From assembly GCA_964035545.1 (NCBI GenBank), contig OZ037766.1, positions 28,379,673-28,443,672 of the forward strand: a stretch of 64,000 nucleotides of DNA. The letters run 5' to 3'. Every line of letters begins with the position of its first letter. Within the stretch, counting starts at the first letter, position 1. A program made the position numbers and the translations under genes. Below the pieces are notes generated by a model. The model did not search any database. It saw only the letters and a program-made list of their open reading frames with translations, and had not been told where the DNA came from. The stretch is from Bugula neritina. Taxonomy: Eukaryota; Animalia; Bryozoa. Below, piece after piece: positions 28,501-64,000 of this stretch.

Positions 28501-31500
28501 GGACATGTCGGACATATTCGACATTTAATATGCTGTCAATCCAATTTATTGTACAAATAAATGCCATTGATATATATATATAAGCAATATATGTTTTATT
28601 AAAGGTTTTTGCTATCAGTTTAATGGAGATGGAAAGTTTTACTCCCATGCATCTGGTTTAAGTGGAGGAGTTCAGTTTGTAATGGATACTCTGACTCATG
28701 AGTACTATATCGGACCTTTCTCTTACTCAGAGGGATTCTCGGTATGTCATCTTAACATTTAAATAGAGATAAGTAAACAAACTCATAGCCGAAAAATCAG
28801 AGTACCAGTTGATGCATAAATAATTAAACTATATTATTAATAAGCATATTGAATTTAGTTTAATGTCATTTGAATATATTTGACTGTCACATCAATAGAA
28901 ATGACGTTTAGTGGTGTCACCGTATTTCTTAAAATAATGATTAGATATAGTCAGTGTAACTTTCTCTGATAAAATTACTGACTTTTGTCAAATAATTAGC
29001 ATTTTTCAGACTTGAACAAAGTTAATGTAAATATAAGTTTTAAAACCTTCAGCTAAGCTAACTATAGACGTTGAAAAAAATTCAAGTTTTAAACTTTGCT
29101 TTCCACAAGACACTACTTTGAATGGTAGCTTGCGAAAAGCAAAGCTAAAATATTATTTCTAGATTTAATAATTAAAAATGAAAAAATGCCTTTCACTGAA
29201 TAAAAATATTTTGAATAAAAAGGTTGAAAATTAGAAACTGGAATATTTGTTAAAAAATCGATTAAGTAATTTACTGATTATAGTTGTTGGCTAGTAAGAA
29301 TTAGTGATAGCAATTGCTTTTACTTGTCATTTAAACCTATAAACTGTAATGCATTTGCTAGCATTCCTGGAGTTATCATATCTTGTGGTAATTGACTCGA
29401 CATCTAAGCTGGTTATACTTACAGATTGCCATACATGAACCTGAAGAGATTCCTTTAGTATCAGAACTCAGCTACGGATTAAAGACGGGAGCAGAAACTA
29501 TTATGACTCTTCATAAAAAAATAGTAAGAGAAAATAAATATGAAAATTTTTAATTTTTCTCATGTGTCAAGCTTCCAACAAAGATTTGAAAATGGCACTT
29601 TTATAAGATCTAAAATCTGATGGTTGTGATATACTGTAGTAATAATACCAATCGATCAGCTCATCAGTGTATTATAAGTAATGTTGGCAGGTATCAGCAT
29701 AACAGAGCTACAAGAGTGTGACAGGTGTCAGCATATGACAGGTGTCAACACTCACATAAGTAATGCTGACAAAGTATGTCAGAATATGAAAAAGTAAGAT
29801 GTCATGATGTCATGTTTTTGATTACACTATAAAATGCTGATGACATGTGTCAATATGTGACAGATGTCTAAAGTGTGTTAGAACATTAGTTCATTGTCTA
29901 GCTGGTGACATGTGTCAATGCGAGATAGGTTTCTGGAGTGTGATTAAATTGGTTAAATGTTCAATTGTTGACATTTATTTTTTGTTTTTGTTTATAAGAC
30001 TCAAAGACAACCTCCGCCAGCAGATGACAACCAAGCAGACTGTTTTGATTCAGAGAATCTGCCTAACCCTCTACATTACTACAGCACTTACTCCTACTCT
30101 GCTTGCTACTACGAGTGTCAGATATCTTATGTACTCAATCAGTGTGGTTGTGTTGACTTCCTTCATCCTCGTAAGTTTAGTTTATGTTGCTGTCAACCTT
30201 TAAATTGGAATAAATGTTCATTTACTTGCTATACAGTATTTAAGGTTTTACATCGGTTTTATTGCATCCGCGCTTGGTGCATTTGTTTGCATTTGTGTGC
30301 ATGCGTGAATGTGTGCGTGTGCGTGTGGGTGTGCGTGTGCATGTGCGTGTGTTATGTATATTTGTTATTAGCAATGATGGATTAGTAACTAGAAAATATA
30401 ATTATCAATATTAAAACAGATCGATTTGCATTGAGCATATTTGAGAATTAACCAATCATGTTACAAAGAATTTAGTTTAAAGGTTATGCCGCTAGTAGAT
30501 TGTATGATTTAAATTTTAATGTATGTTGTTTTTACTATACATATTTTTCACTGAAGCAGTTTTAATGTGATTTACACTCTATTTCAATTGGATAATCTTT
30601 GCTACACATATAAAGTTTGGAGAATGTCGTAATTCTAGCCAAAATATACACATGTTTTTCAGAGTTTGATACAAAAGATATGTCTCGTTGTAATTTCTCA
30701 AGCAATATTCTGTGCTCACATAAACATATAATATGTGCATTTTAAATTATGCCAGTATTTGTGATATTTGTCTTTGAATGCATTTAATTGGGAGTTTAAG
30801 AATGCTTTTTTAGTAAAACTATTTTAAAAAACTCAGTTCACTTTTAGATTATAGACTATTTTTTATTATTTCTCAACTTGTGCCAGTTCCCTTAAAGTTA
30901 GAACTATTAGGGCTTAGGCTAACAAATAACATTCAAAAATGATTTTCATTGTTTTCCTTGTAGCTTTAAATGGCTCCAGCATCTGCGCCATTGACATGGT
31001 TCTGTCATGTGCAGCACCAGCAAAGCGTATGTTACATTTTCTCTTTTCAACTAAACAAAGTAAATAAATATGCTTATATTAAACATGCATGTAATTATAA
31101 ATCTACATAAATCCCTATAGTGCTTATAATTGTAGACGTTGTATAAAGTCTGTATTTTAAATATATTTTGTTGTGTGCCTATGAAATATATATTTCTATC
31201 TTTAGCCATTAATAATGTTTAGCTTAGCCGATAGCTGGAGTTTGATATTGATTATACAGCAGATTACTAGCAGTAGAAGACAACTTCGCACTCAAATAAA
31301 CGGTTGTTTAGTTTTGTGTGATCAATTTCAAGAAATAACATTCCAGCTTCCGAACTTTAGTTATGTGACATAGTATCATTTTAACCAATCACATTTCAGG
31401 TGAGTTTCTTGCTGATTCAAAGCATCTGAAAGGTTGTGACTGCACGTCAGCCTGTAATGAGGTTCAGTATACTGCTAAAGTCTCCAGCTACACTTTTCCT

Positions 31501-33204
31501 AGTGACACCTTTGTGGAAGAGAAGCAAGGCTATTTTAATAGTAAGTTGTAATCAGTATTCTTATGCAGGTTTATAGTCGCCATCCTTGTGAGAAAACCCC
31601 TGGTGGAAATGGCTTTTGTTAAATCCAGCTATAAGGACTTATTCAAATGTGGCACGAGAGCAATAATAACTGGATGCTTTTCCTAACATCATGTTAATGG
31701 CCTTTATTGGGGTTGAACCCATGACTTTGTGCTCGCTAGGCAAACGCTCTAATCCTTAGGTCACGGCTGCTCTCAAGCTTTAGGGAAGCTTTAAAGCAAA
31801 AAGAGCTTTAATCAGTACAAAGAGTGCTAAATCTGTATATATAGTCAAGGTTAATTTTTTTCTGCACTCAATGTGAATACTCCGAAAGTTATTTATATAA
31901 GATCACAAAAAATATAAATATTTTGAATATATAATAATATCTATATAAAATTTCTATCTCAATATTGTTTCTATAGTGAGTGGTGACTACATGAAAAAGA
32001 ACTTTGTTGGAGTCACCATCTATTATGATCACATGTCTTATGAACTTCTGGAAGAAACCATCACATACAGTATCTTAGACATGTTTGGTAATACTAAATA
32101 TTTCATAAGAGTCATTTTACTTAATTTAGTACACACTGGAAATCTCCAGTTTTTAGCTACTTTTTACAATTTAGCTGCTAATGAACATGGGTTTTTGCCC
32201 AAAACTAGTAAAATATGATGGAAAACACCTAAATAATCAAGGTTCTTCTTAATGTTGCTTGATTTCCCATGTTTTTTTCTAATTATTCAGCTACTTTTGA
32301 TTTCAGAGAATTATGGTTTTTTCATAACACTCTGCAATCAAAAGTTGCTAAAATGACCCATAATTAAGGAAGTAATGAATTAAGTAAAGTTCATTAGAAT
32401 AAATTAAATGAAACTGATATTGCATAGCTAATATTATTTTCAATAAACTTTATCTATTCTATTATTATTATATATAGTGAGATATCTCACATAGAATGAT
32501 AGAGCACTTTAATATGAGTGGATTATCAAATTTATATGTATAATTATTATAATATAATATACTCTTCAAGTTATGTTAAATGATAACAAGTAGCCTATTA
32601 TATAATTTTTAAAATAATTAGAATAATAAATTATGAATTAACTAAAGATAATGAATTAAGTAAAATTTATTATAAATACATGTAAATAAAATTTAGCTTA
32701 TTATAATGCATAACTATAATATAACTTCTATAAATTTTATTTTTTTTTTTATCGTCTCACATAGCATGGCAGAGCAGTTTGATAAGGTTTTGTCACAATT
32801 GTTCATACAATTATTATAATATGATATACTCTTTAAATTATGAAATGCTTAATGAAAAACTTTTTAAATGTATAATTTCATCTCAAGCTAAATTTTATTT
32901 GAGAGTAAGGATTGATGCAAACACAATATTCTAAATTGCAGCGAGTGTTGGTGGGACAATAGGCGTGGCCATAGGAGCCAGTTTTCTGACTCTGGTTGAA
33001 ATACTGGAGTTCATAATGATGTCAGTAGCTCGTGTGATCAGCAGGAGATTTGATAACAGAACTCCTGTCAAAGCTTTCAAGAACGCTGTTGAAGATATCC
33101 AAACAGAGAAGCCACAGTTAACAGCTGACCAAGCAGTTGTAGATAATACAGACAACTGGGCTAGAGAGAAGTTCAAGAGTTATGATAACCTGAGACTCTC
33201 TTAA
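25510..33204 (+). CDS. DEG/ENaC gene 3, ~515 aa; exons 25510-25616, 26461-26590, 27579-27733, 27920-28089, 28605-28741, 29425-29523, 29999-30170, 30964-31026, 31400-31540, 31977-32087, 32942-33204
   Basis: Intact frame (1548 nt), GT-AG introns, close paralog of genes 2 and 4. TM2 VGGTIGVAIGASFLT. Confidence 0.93.
31558..31808 (-). mobile_element. tRNA-derived SINE insertion, near full length
   Basis: The minus strand reads GCAGCCGTGACCTAAGGATTAGAGCG...GGGTTCAACCCC (A-box/B-box-like head). The insert is bounded by the direct repeat TAATCAGTA (31549-31557, 31809-31817), and genes 2 and 4 show a single empty site. Confidence 0.75.
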
Positions 33205-33677
33205 AACAATATGCTAAGATTCCAAAAACTGAAAGATTGCATTTAAAGATATGTTGTTTTATTTCTATTGGTTTAAACAGTGAAAAATTATAGATTTGTA
33301 GCAAAAACAAGATCAAACTATTATATTATTTAACAAACATGTCAAACCATTATATTAATATTTTTTCAGCCATATATACTCTAAAATTATTGTAAATAAT
33401 TGCTGTAACAAATAGAAAGATAAAGATTCATATTTTTATGTTAGTGGTATATGTGTCATCTATAAAAGAAGCTACATATTAGTAGGTGTAGTAACATAAA
33501 GTTAGTTTTTAATTAATTTTTAAGCCTATGATCATTAATTTTAATACTTATTAATCATGAAATTTGAATAAATTGTAATCAATCAATTGGCTATATTTAA
33601 CAGGTAATACTTTTTGAGCTGCTGCCTGAACAACTATCAATGTTCAACTTATTTGGTTTAAATCAATAGTTTAATCT

Positions 33678-33867
33678 CTATTGACTAGTGATGGTGCTCT
33701 TCACTAGTAATTCTACTGTAACACAGCCAGCAAAGCCAACTACTAAGGTTCCAATTATTATATTATACACCTTGACATGGGCAAGCAAAGTTGGCTTAAA
33801 TAACCAAAAGACATTATAGGGCCTACTGCTTGCCACATTTTGAAGTTGGCAAAGCCTGCCTTGCTGT
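33678..33867 (-). pseudogene. Degenerate fragment of the UNC-93-like terminal exon
   Basis: Aligns to 43149-43339 (…TATAGGGCCTACTGCTTGCCACATT.T.AAGTTGGCAAA.CCTGCCTTGCTGT), then similarity stops abruptly; contains indels. Confidence 0.85.
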
Positions 33868-35081
33868 AGCCATTCCTAGAAATTATGTTTACTAATTGGC
33901 ACAATTTAAAAAGCATATTTTTCCCACAGATGGTCTTAACATTTTTGTAATACTATACATTAATTTTATGTACTTGTGCTAAAAAGCTTTTGTTAATGTC
34001 ACAACTTCAGCATATTTAACAGAATCAAAGCTTTTCAAAGTTTGGGTGAAGTCAAAAGATTATCTCATGAAAAAGCGTTCAATTATATAACATTATGCAA
34101 ACTCTGTAGTATTTCTGAAAATTTTATGGCTATAAAATATAAAGCTCCGTAATAAAGTATATTGAAAATATATTATTATGACTATAAAGTTAAATAAAGC
34201 AAAAAAAGAAAATTTGAAAGCTTCTTAACTACATGTAAAATCCTTGAAAATGCTGAAAGAACAAATATTTCATGTAAAATATATGGAAAAGCTTGACGGT
34301 GAATTCAATGACAAGTCTTTTAAGAAATAAAGGTAACTCTAAGTTTTTTAAGTGAGATAGCCACATTATCAGACAAAATAAAAGTTTAGAAAAATTCGGT
34401 AATTGAACATTGTTTTTGTTATTCAACAGCACCCTTATGCTACATGTTTTCACAAAGCTTTTGCAAATATATCTAAAAGCAAATGTTTAAATAGGATCGA
34501 CTTTCTAACACTAAATGCAAATGGAACACCTTAGTGAAACAGTAGATATTCAAAACTATTATCATTAAACAATCGAACAAATGAGATGAGCCTAATATTT
34601 GTATTCAAAATTATCAATATTGCATAACAACTATAGTTTAGCGGAAGTGAGCTTAAAATTTACTTGAAAGCATGAGTTATTCTCTATGAAATACTTAAAA
34701 TGTTGGTATTGTATTCTGTTTATACTTTTCTATATACAGCGGAATATTGATTTTTATCTTTCAGCAATTGACATTTGGATGTAATTTCATTTTCCCATAC
34801 TGCAGTGATTGAACAGAATATATTTGCTATCTGAATCACACAATCACATTGGTATGTTGTTTGATGTAGCTAAGTGTAGTCACAGTTCCAAGAATCTATT
34901 AAAAGCATTATTTTTAAGTGAGTATTTTTGATAAATATTTCAATGGGCTATATAAATAATATAAAAAAAAGTTATATAAGTATATATACATGTATATATA
35001 TATTATGCTTATATTATATATATATGCATATATTATACATATATTTCCTTATTCATATATATTTTTATTCATGTATACTTT

Positions 35082-35086
<5 letters not shown>

Positions 35087-35137
<51 letters not shown>
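35087..35137. repeat. (TA)n microsatellite
   Basis: Direct reading; same relative position (5' intron) as the gene 3 microsatellite. Confidence 0.9.
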
Positions 35138-35140
<3 letters not shown>

Positions 35141-35350
35141 ATGCTCCCTCCATATCTCATTGCTTTATCTCATGGTTTGAGGTTTCAGGACCATCAGCTT
35201 AGTGAGAGAGCGCTGCATATATTAAATATCAAAGTTATTTGATTTTTTATTATACAATTAATTTCATTGATATGTTTTAAAAATAAACCTGAGTAATGCA
35301 GCTTGTGAGTTACTATTGAGTTAATAATTTCTCTTCGTCAAGATTGAAAC

Positions 35351-42700
<7,350 letters not shown>

Positions 42701-43148
42701 AACAATATGGCAGTATTTCAAGAAAATTTTATTTTGCTGATGTTCTGCTTAACATTTTGCTTTCCACAATGGCAAAGTATAGATTTGTGAAAAAAAACAA
42801 GAACTATAAGTATATTATTCAACGAATATGTGTAGTACTTTTCTCTATTCCATTCATATACATTAAAGTTCTTTTAAATAATTGCTGTATTAACTTATAG
42901 AAACATAAATATTTATCTTTTCATTTTAGTGGTATATTTGTCATATTTAAAATAAGCTGTTATCAGTAGCATAAAGTTTAGTTTTATCTATTTTGTAAAC
43001 TTATGATTTATTAATCATAATACCTAAAAATTGTGAAATTTAATTATTTTTTAAATAAATTTATTAACTGGCTACATCTAACAGGCAACACTTTTTGAGC
43101 TGTTACCTGAATAGTGTTTTAATTTTGGTTTAAACTAATAGTTTAACT

Positions 43149-51342
<8,194 letters not shown>

Positions 51343-53623
51343 GTTGCTGAATTATCCTTTGTAACTAAATTAATCAGACTGTCTTTTTATAATTATATTT
51401 CGTTTATCACTGTTGGCTGTCATGAAACCACTAAGGTCAACATTCCTATAAGCTGCATGTCCTTATCTGGCAACTTGTGGCATTTCTACATTGTGAACTC
51501 TGTATATAATAATAATATACATATTGGTTAGGGCTGGCCAAAATTATCAACATAAGATGAGTGATTGTATAAATATTCAAATTTAAGTAAAAATATATGC
51601 CTACTTGTAACAAAAGAATAATAGACACTAGGCGTAAGCAATTCAATATGTAGTATGACTGACCACTGAAAATAAGCTTTTACTTTAACTTGAAAGGAGA
51701 TCTCAACTTACCGTAATGAATATTCATGGGATATTAACAACATCAGAGTCTTAGCCTTAAATAAGCCGCTTTAAAGCACAAAAATATATTGGAACAATAG
51801 CTATTTGTATGCAAGACCGTTATATAGTTGCAATTAAACATATTTTGACAAAATACTATTATGCAATGTTTTTGGACAATAAAATTTGTTAAATTAATTT
51901 ATCAAGTTATGTGCAGCTGGGCAGGTAACTTCTTGAAGTAGCAATAAATGCCAGATTTTTGTTATTAAATACCTCAACTACAGGTGTTATAAGGTGATTC
52001 TAGATCTATGCATGTTGCATAAATTAACATAATAAACTAGCATGTGCTCTTCATAAATTCTTACTCTAAAATTCGAAGAAATTTGTTCAAAGATACACCA
52101 CTTGAGTGCCAGATTTTATAATAACTCTTGTTATCTATAATAAACAACTTGAGAGAATTTAATAAAGTGAGATGCATAACGAAAGATTCTAATTGCTGCC
52201 ATTCATTTTTTCCTGATAGAAATTATTATACTATAAATATACTGAAGTATAATATAGTATTTGGGGATTTAATGAGAAAGTTGTGTTTAATTTTGTATAT
52301 AATCAAATTTAAAATAATTTAACTTTACATTTAGCCTAATATTGCATAAACAACTGCACATCTACTGTTGCATACCATTGTAGGCCACGGCATTATTTTG
52401 CGTATATAGAAAAATAATATAAAAGTATATTGTGATGTTTAATATATGTAATAAGCCATGCTATACAAGTTTATGATCTCCTATGATATGACGATATAGC
52501 GGTGATGCGATTTCAATACTTGCTTTGCAGTTTCTATGTACATATAAATTACAGACACTGCTTTTATAGATAGTCAATATATTTATCATATATCAACTAT
52601 TTTTTTAAAATACACTTACATCGCAATACAATTAATAATTTATGTCTTATATTTAATCTAAACTAAGCTACTCTCCTTTCTTCTAAGTATTAGTTGGCAA
52701 GAATCTACCTTGCATGCATTGATTAAAGATATTAAGAATGCTTGATTTTGTTTACCTTTTAATAATTAATAAAATTTTGTATTGATTAGGTGACAAGACA
52801 GAAATATAATAAGGCTTGCATATTATTTAACTGTTCAAAAGCAGTAATTCAAGCAAGATAGTATATAAAGTGTATTATATATCTCTGCATGTATAGGTAA
52901 GTTAAGATTGCTAAGATAACCTTATAACTAGTTTCTATAAGTGAGCTCTACTGAGAAAAAAACAGTTTAGAGGGCAAAGATTAACAAGAATTAAGGCTAT
53001 TTGTGTACGAGTCAATTTGAATTCATTAAAGTGTATAGTAGAGACTGTATCAAGAAATAATAATGACTTATAACAGCGTAGCTCCTTTAGTTGTCTAATA
53101 ATGATCTTGCATATGTAGAATTTCCAGCGCTCATCTTATAACATTTAGTATTTATGACTTAAGGCAGCTCAGAGGTCAAAGGTGAAGTGCAGCTGTTGTA
53201 CTAAATGATTATTTTCAATTAAATGTATGTTATAAAATATTAATAATATAGTAAAACATTTTTTATAAATATAAATAATCTTAACTCTAAAAATTGACTT
53301 ACTAATAATTTAGCTATAGTTTTTTTTAAAATCATATAATGTATTTTCAATGAATATAAAGAACCACAGCTTTTTATTTGCTAGTTGAAGTCAAGCATTT
53401 TGTTGTAAGAGTCAAATTACTAATACAGTTGCTATATAGAACTCATAGAAAATCAGCCAAAATAACTAAATAATTTTATTACTGTAAGTGATGATGCAAG
53501 ACTCAAGAATATATATAGAATGTATGTGGTGCACATCTATCATGGGCAATCAAAGATAAAAAAAAGTGATAGTAATCATGTTATGTTATAGCTGGTATCA
53601 TTTTCTGAAAATTCTGAATTGAT

Positions 53624-61333
<7,710 letters not shown>

Positions 61334-61400
61334 GTTAGTTTTTTTAGTTAGTCTACTTTGAGCTCTAAAAGCAACCTGCTAAGTTTACATTACCTTAGAT

Positions 61401-61744
61401 CAGGGCTGTCCAACAGGCGGCCCTATAGGGCCGGATGTGGCCCCCATCAGCCTACATTTATGTGGCCCTCGAAGGCATAAAGTTAAAATAATTTTTCACT
61501 GTTTACATGAATTAAAGTGAAAAGCCACCTTTTAAATGCCTTATTTATACAAATAACACAAAAAATGCAGCTGGCAGTAACTATTGAGACTTAATTGTGT
61601 AATGATTCATAAAGTTTTGGAATAAAGTAGTTTAAAAAATACTGATGCTGTGGCCCCCAGCACAAGCTGAAGCTTACAATGTGGCCCTCACCATGAAATA
61701 TTTCATTTCTGTGGCACTCGGTTTGAAAAGGTTGGACACCCCTG
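61401..61744. mobile_element. hAT-type MITE
   Basis: TIRs CAGGGCTGTCCAAC / GTTGGACACCCCTG, 8-bp TSD CCTTAGAT (61393-61400, 61745-61752), and subterminal TGTGGCCC repeats. Confidence 0.9.
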
Positions 61745-62380
61745 CCTTAGATGATGCTTGTTATTCATAAGCTGAAGGCCTTGGGGTCGCCTGTTGGACA
61801 GCCCTGCCTTAGATGGTGCTTGCAACGTTGGACCACAAGAATTTTCTTTTCACTACTGTATGTTATAATTCATGTTTTGTTGTAAAAATCTAGTGGCAAT
61901 CAAATCAGCTGGAAAAGTATGTTTTTGAAACTTTATTGATCTTTGAAAGTACATACAGGATTATGCTTTTATTCTACAGAATTGTAATAACAAAATTTAT
62001 GTTTATTTTACATTGCACAGCTGTTAAGTGATTAAAACAGGAAACAAAATGATCAGATAAAAATGATGGTTCCAGTGAAAAGCTATGTCTGTTTCCATCA
62101 GTTTTACTTACCTATTCCTGCAAAAGCTTGCAATTTTAGAGCCTATGGGAAGTTTAGTAGAGTTAAGTGTGCATGGTACTCTAAATGCAATAGAAATAAA
62201 TTGTCTGTTTTCAAATTTAAATATTTAATAATGAAAATTGTATTATAAATTTTTTATCTGGTAACTTGAGTCTGGTCTATAGTTAAATGATGACACATAA
62301 AAACTAACGATAACAATTTTCACAACTTCTAAGCCTGAAAAACTTTATAACTACCAACAGAATTTATTTATGACCATTTA

Positions 62381-62582
62381 AGTAGCCGTGGTCTAGGGGT
62401 TTGTGGTTTGTTTAGTTAACACCAGGTCATGAGTCTTGAGCCGGACAAAGGCCATTGATGTTGTTAAGAAGAGAATCCAGTCATAATTGTTTCTGTGCTT
62501 CATTTGAATGAGTCCTTAGCCCATTTAACAAACACCTTTCCATCAGGGGTTTCTTACAGGGATTTAGTGATTATAAACTTGT
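62381..62582 (+). mobile_element. tRNA-derived SINE copy
   Basis: GTAGCCGTGGTCTAGGGG head ... TTTCCATCAGGGGTTTCTTACAGGGAT...TATAAACTTG, the reverse complement of the other three copies. Confidence 0.7.
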
Positions 62583-63020
62583 ATGAGTTTTATTTGAGTA
62601 GCAAATGGCTACTTCGAAAGCACTCTCTTAGTCTGCTGCATGGTTATAAGGGGTGGTAACTACATACTGATGTATCGGGCTACTGAATATATCTGATGCA
62701 GATATTCAACAAGATGACCATTTTTATTTTTAATTTATGTATTTGGATATAATTAGAAAATAAACATAATGGATATAGAAAAACGAGAGAATAGTAATTT
62801 TGAACAACTAGACAATTTTTTTTTAATATACCAGTTGAGAAACCAAAAAGTGTTTTTAAGATGCTCAAATTTCAATGAAACAATATCGAAGCACACTGAT
62901 CAACAAGAATTAACTGTGGTGCAGTAAGTTAAAAAATAAAGCAAATGAATAAAGTATTACCAACAACGCCATAGAGAAATATGAAAATAGTATGAATATT
63001 TATTTAGAATCCACGTTTGC

Positions 63021-63998
63021 TTAAAGCAACTTTTCAATAAACTTGGAATCTTTTTTTCGAAGTATGTCAACCATGTATTCAGGTACACAGGCAATCTCCA
63101 TAAGAGTTGTCTTTTCTTTATGTTCTCTGTTGGCATGACAACAGGCACAAAAGTAAGATGCTTTAGGCAAGTTGTTCAGACATCCTTGAAGACTGTCCAA
63201 AGAACTCTCTACTTCAACTGAGACTTCAGGGTTGGAGAATGTCTCAAAATAAAAGGCAACTGGATCAGTTTGAGATTTCAAAGTAAAAGCTGCCCCACCA
63301 TTTGGCACTAATGTCTTTAAAGCATGTCTGTGTAAAACTAATAAGCACGCTTTTCGTTCAGTTGTAGGATTTGCAAGTTTAAGTGCTGCCTTCATCCAAG
63401 TTGCTGCAGACAGAGCTGGAAAGTACAAACCGTTATGCAACTCAGTATTTCTTTCAATGATGTAATCATCTCTCAAGGAGTTAGCGAGTATCAGTAGGTC
63501 GTTAGTCTCTGCTTCCATTGACTCACTGTCACATTCGGTTTCGCATAAACTGACTGATTCTTTAGTCAGCAGATAACTGTCCATGATTATTGCCGACAGC
63601 TTGAAGCGTTCCTGCTCTTTTTCAAGTGACTTCTTTTTTTCAGCTAGGCTGGTTTTTTCTATAGAAACATAAGATATTCCTTCCAGTCTGGCTTTCCAAT
63701 GTGTGTTGAAATATCTCAACACAAATTTTGCGCAACTCTTTAAAAGATCTGTCACTTCCTTAATAAAACTCTTTGACTCTTCACAATCAGGCAAGTCTTT
63801 GAGTGAAACTATTTCTTGTACAAGTAGCAAGTAAAAATGAGTAGCGACGTTAAAAAGCAGCATGCCCTTTTTGGGAAAGGAAGTGTTATGAATTATCTTG
63901 ATCAACTCAGCTCTTCTTGATACTTCCTCTTTTTTCAGCATATCCATAAAGTGCTCAACGGAGAATTTAAGAATAGCTCTCAATTCCAAATACGTCTC
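63021..63998 (-). CDS. Unidentified protein, C-terminal >=322 aa (open to the window edge)
   Basis: Uninterrupted ~1-kb ORF with protein-like composition in AT-rich DNA. The frame stays open upstream of the TTG given in the track. No family recognised. Confidence 0.65.
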   Translation of the reverse strand, partial: ETYLELRAILKFSVEHFMDMLKKEEVSRRAELIKIIHNTSFPKKGMLLFNVATHFYLLLVQEIVSLKDLPDCEESKSFIKEVTDLLKSCAKFVLRYFNTHWKARLEGISYVSIEKTSLAEKKKSLEKEQERFKLSAIIMDSYLLTKESVSLCETECDSESMEAETNDLLILANSLRDDYIIERNTELHNGLYFPALSAATWMKAALKLANPTTERKACLLVLHRHALKTLVPNGGAAFTLKSQTDPVAFYFETFSNPEVSVEVESSLDSLQGCLNNLPKASYFCACCHANREHKEKTTLMEIACVPEYMVDILRKKDSKFIEKLL

Positions 63999-64000
63999 TT

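Overview
AT-rich, intron-rich animal (invertebrate-like) genomic DNA. I built gene models by hand from GT-AG sites, phase continuity and protein motifs. (1) The 3' end of an unidentified + strand gene (5-1814). (2) A tandem array of four complete 11-coding-exon DEG/ENaC (ASIC/FaNaC superfamily) channel genes on + (6493-13653, 15354-23523, 25510-33204, 35351-42700). (3) A convergent 10-coding-exon UNC-93-like MFS gene on - (51342-43149). (4) A fifth, more divergent DEG/ENaC gene on + (53624->61333) whose last two exons are not seen. (5) An unidentified - strand ORF that runs off the right edge. The most notable signals are two Penelope-like fold-back insertions in introns of channel gene 5, both embedded in (TA)n and each carrying a minimal type I hammerhead ribozyme on both strands: a 960-bp-arm inverted RT/GIY-YIG element and a 182-bp perfect palindrome. 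Also notable are exon-restricted homogenisation (apparent gene conversion) among the channel paralogs alongside hypervariable finger segments, and UNC-93 last-exon remnants that mark the tandem-duplication breakpoints. The window also holds SINEs, MITEs and micro/minisatellites. No database searches were run.
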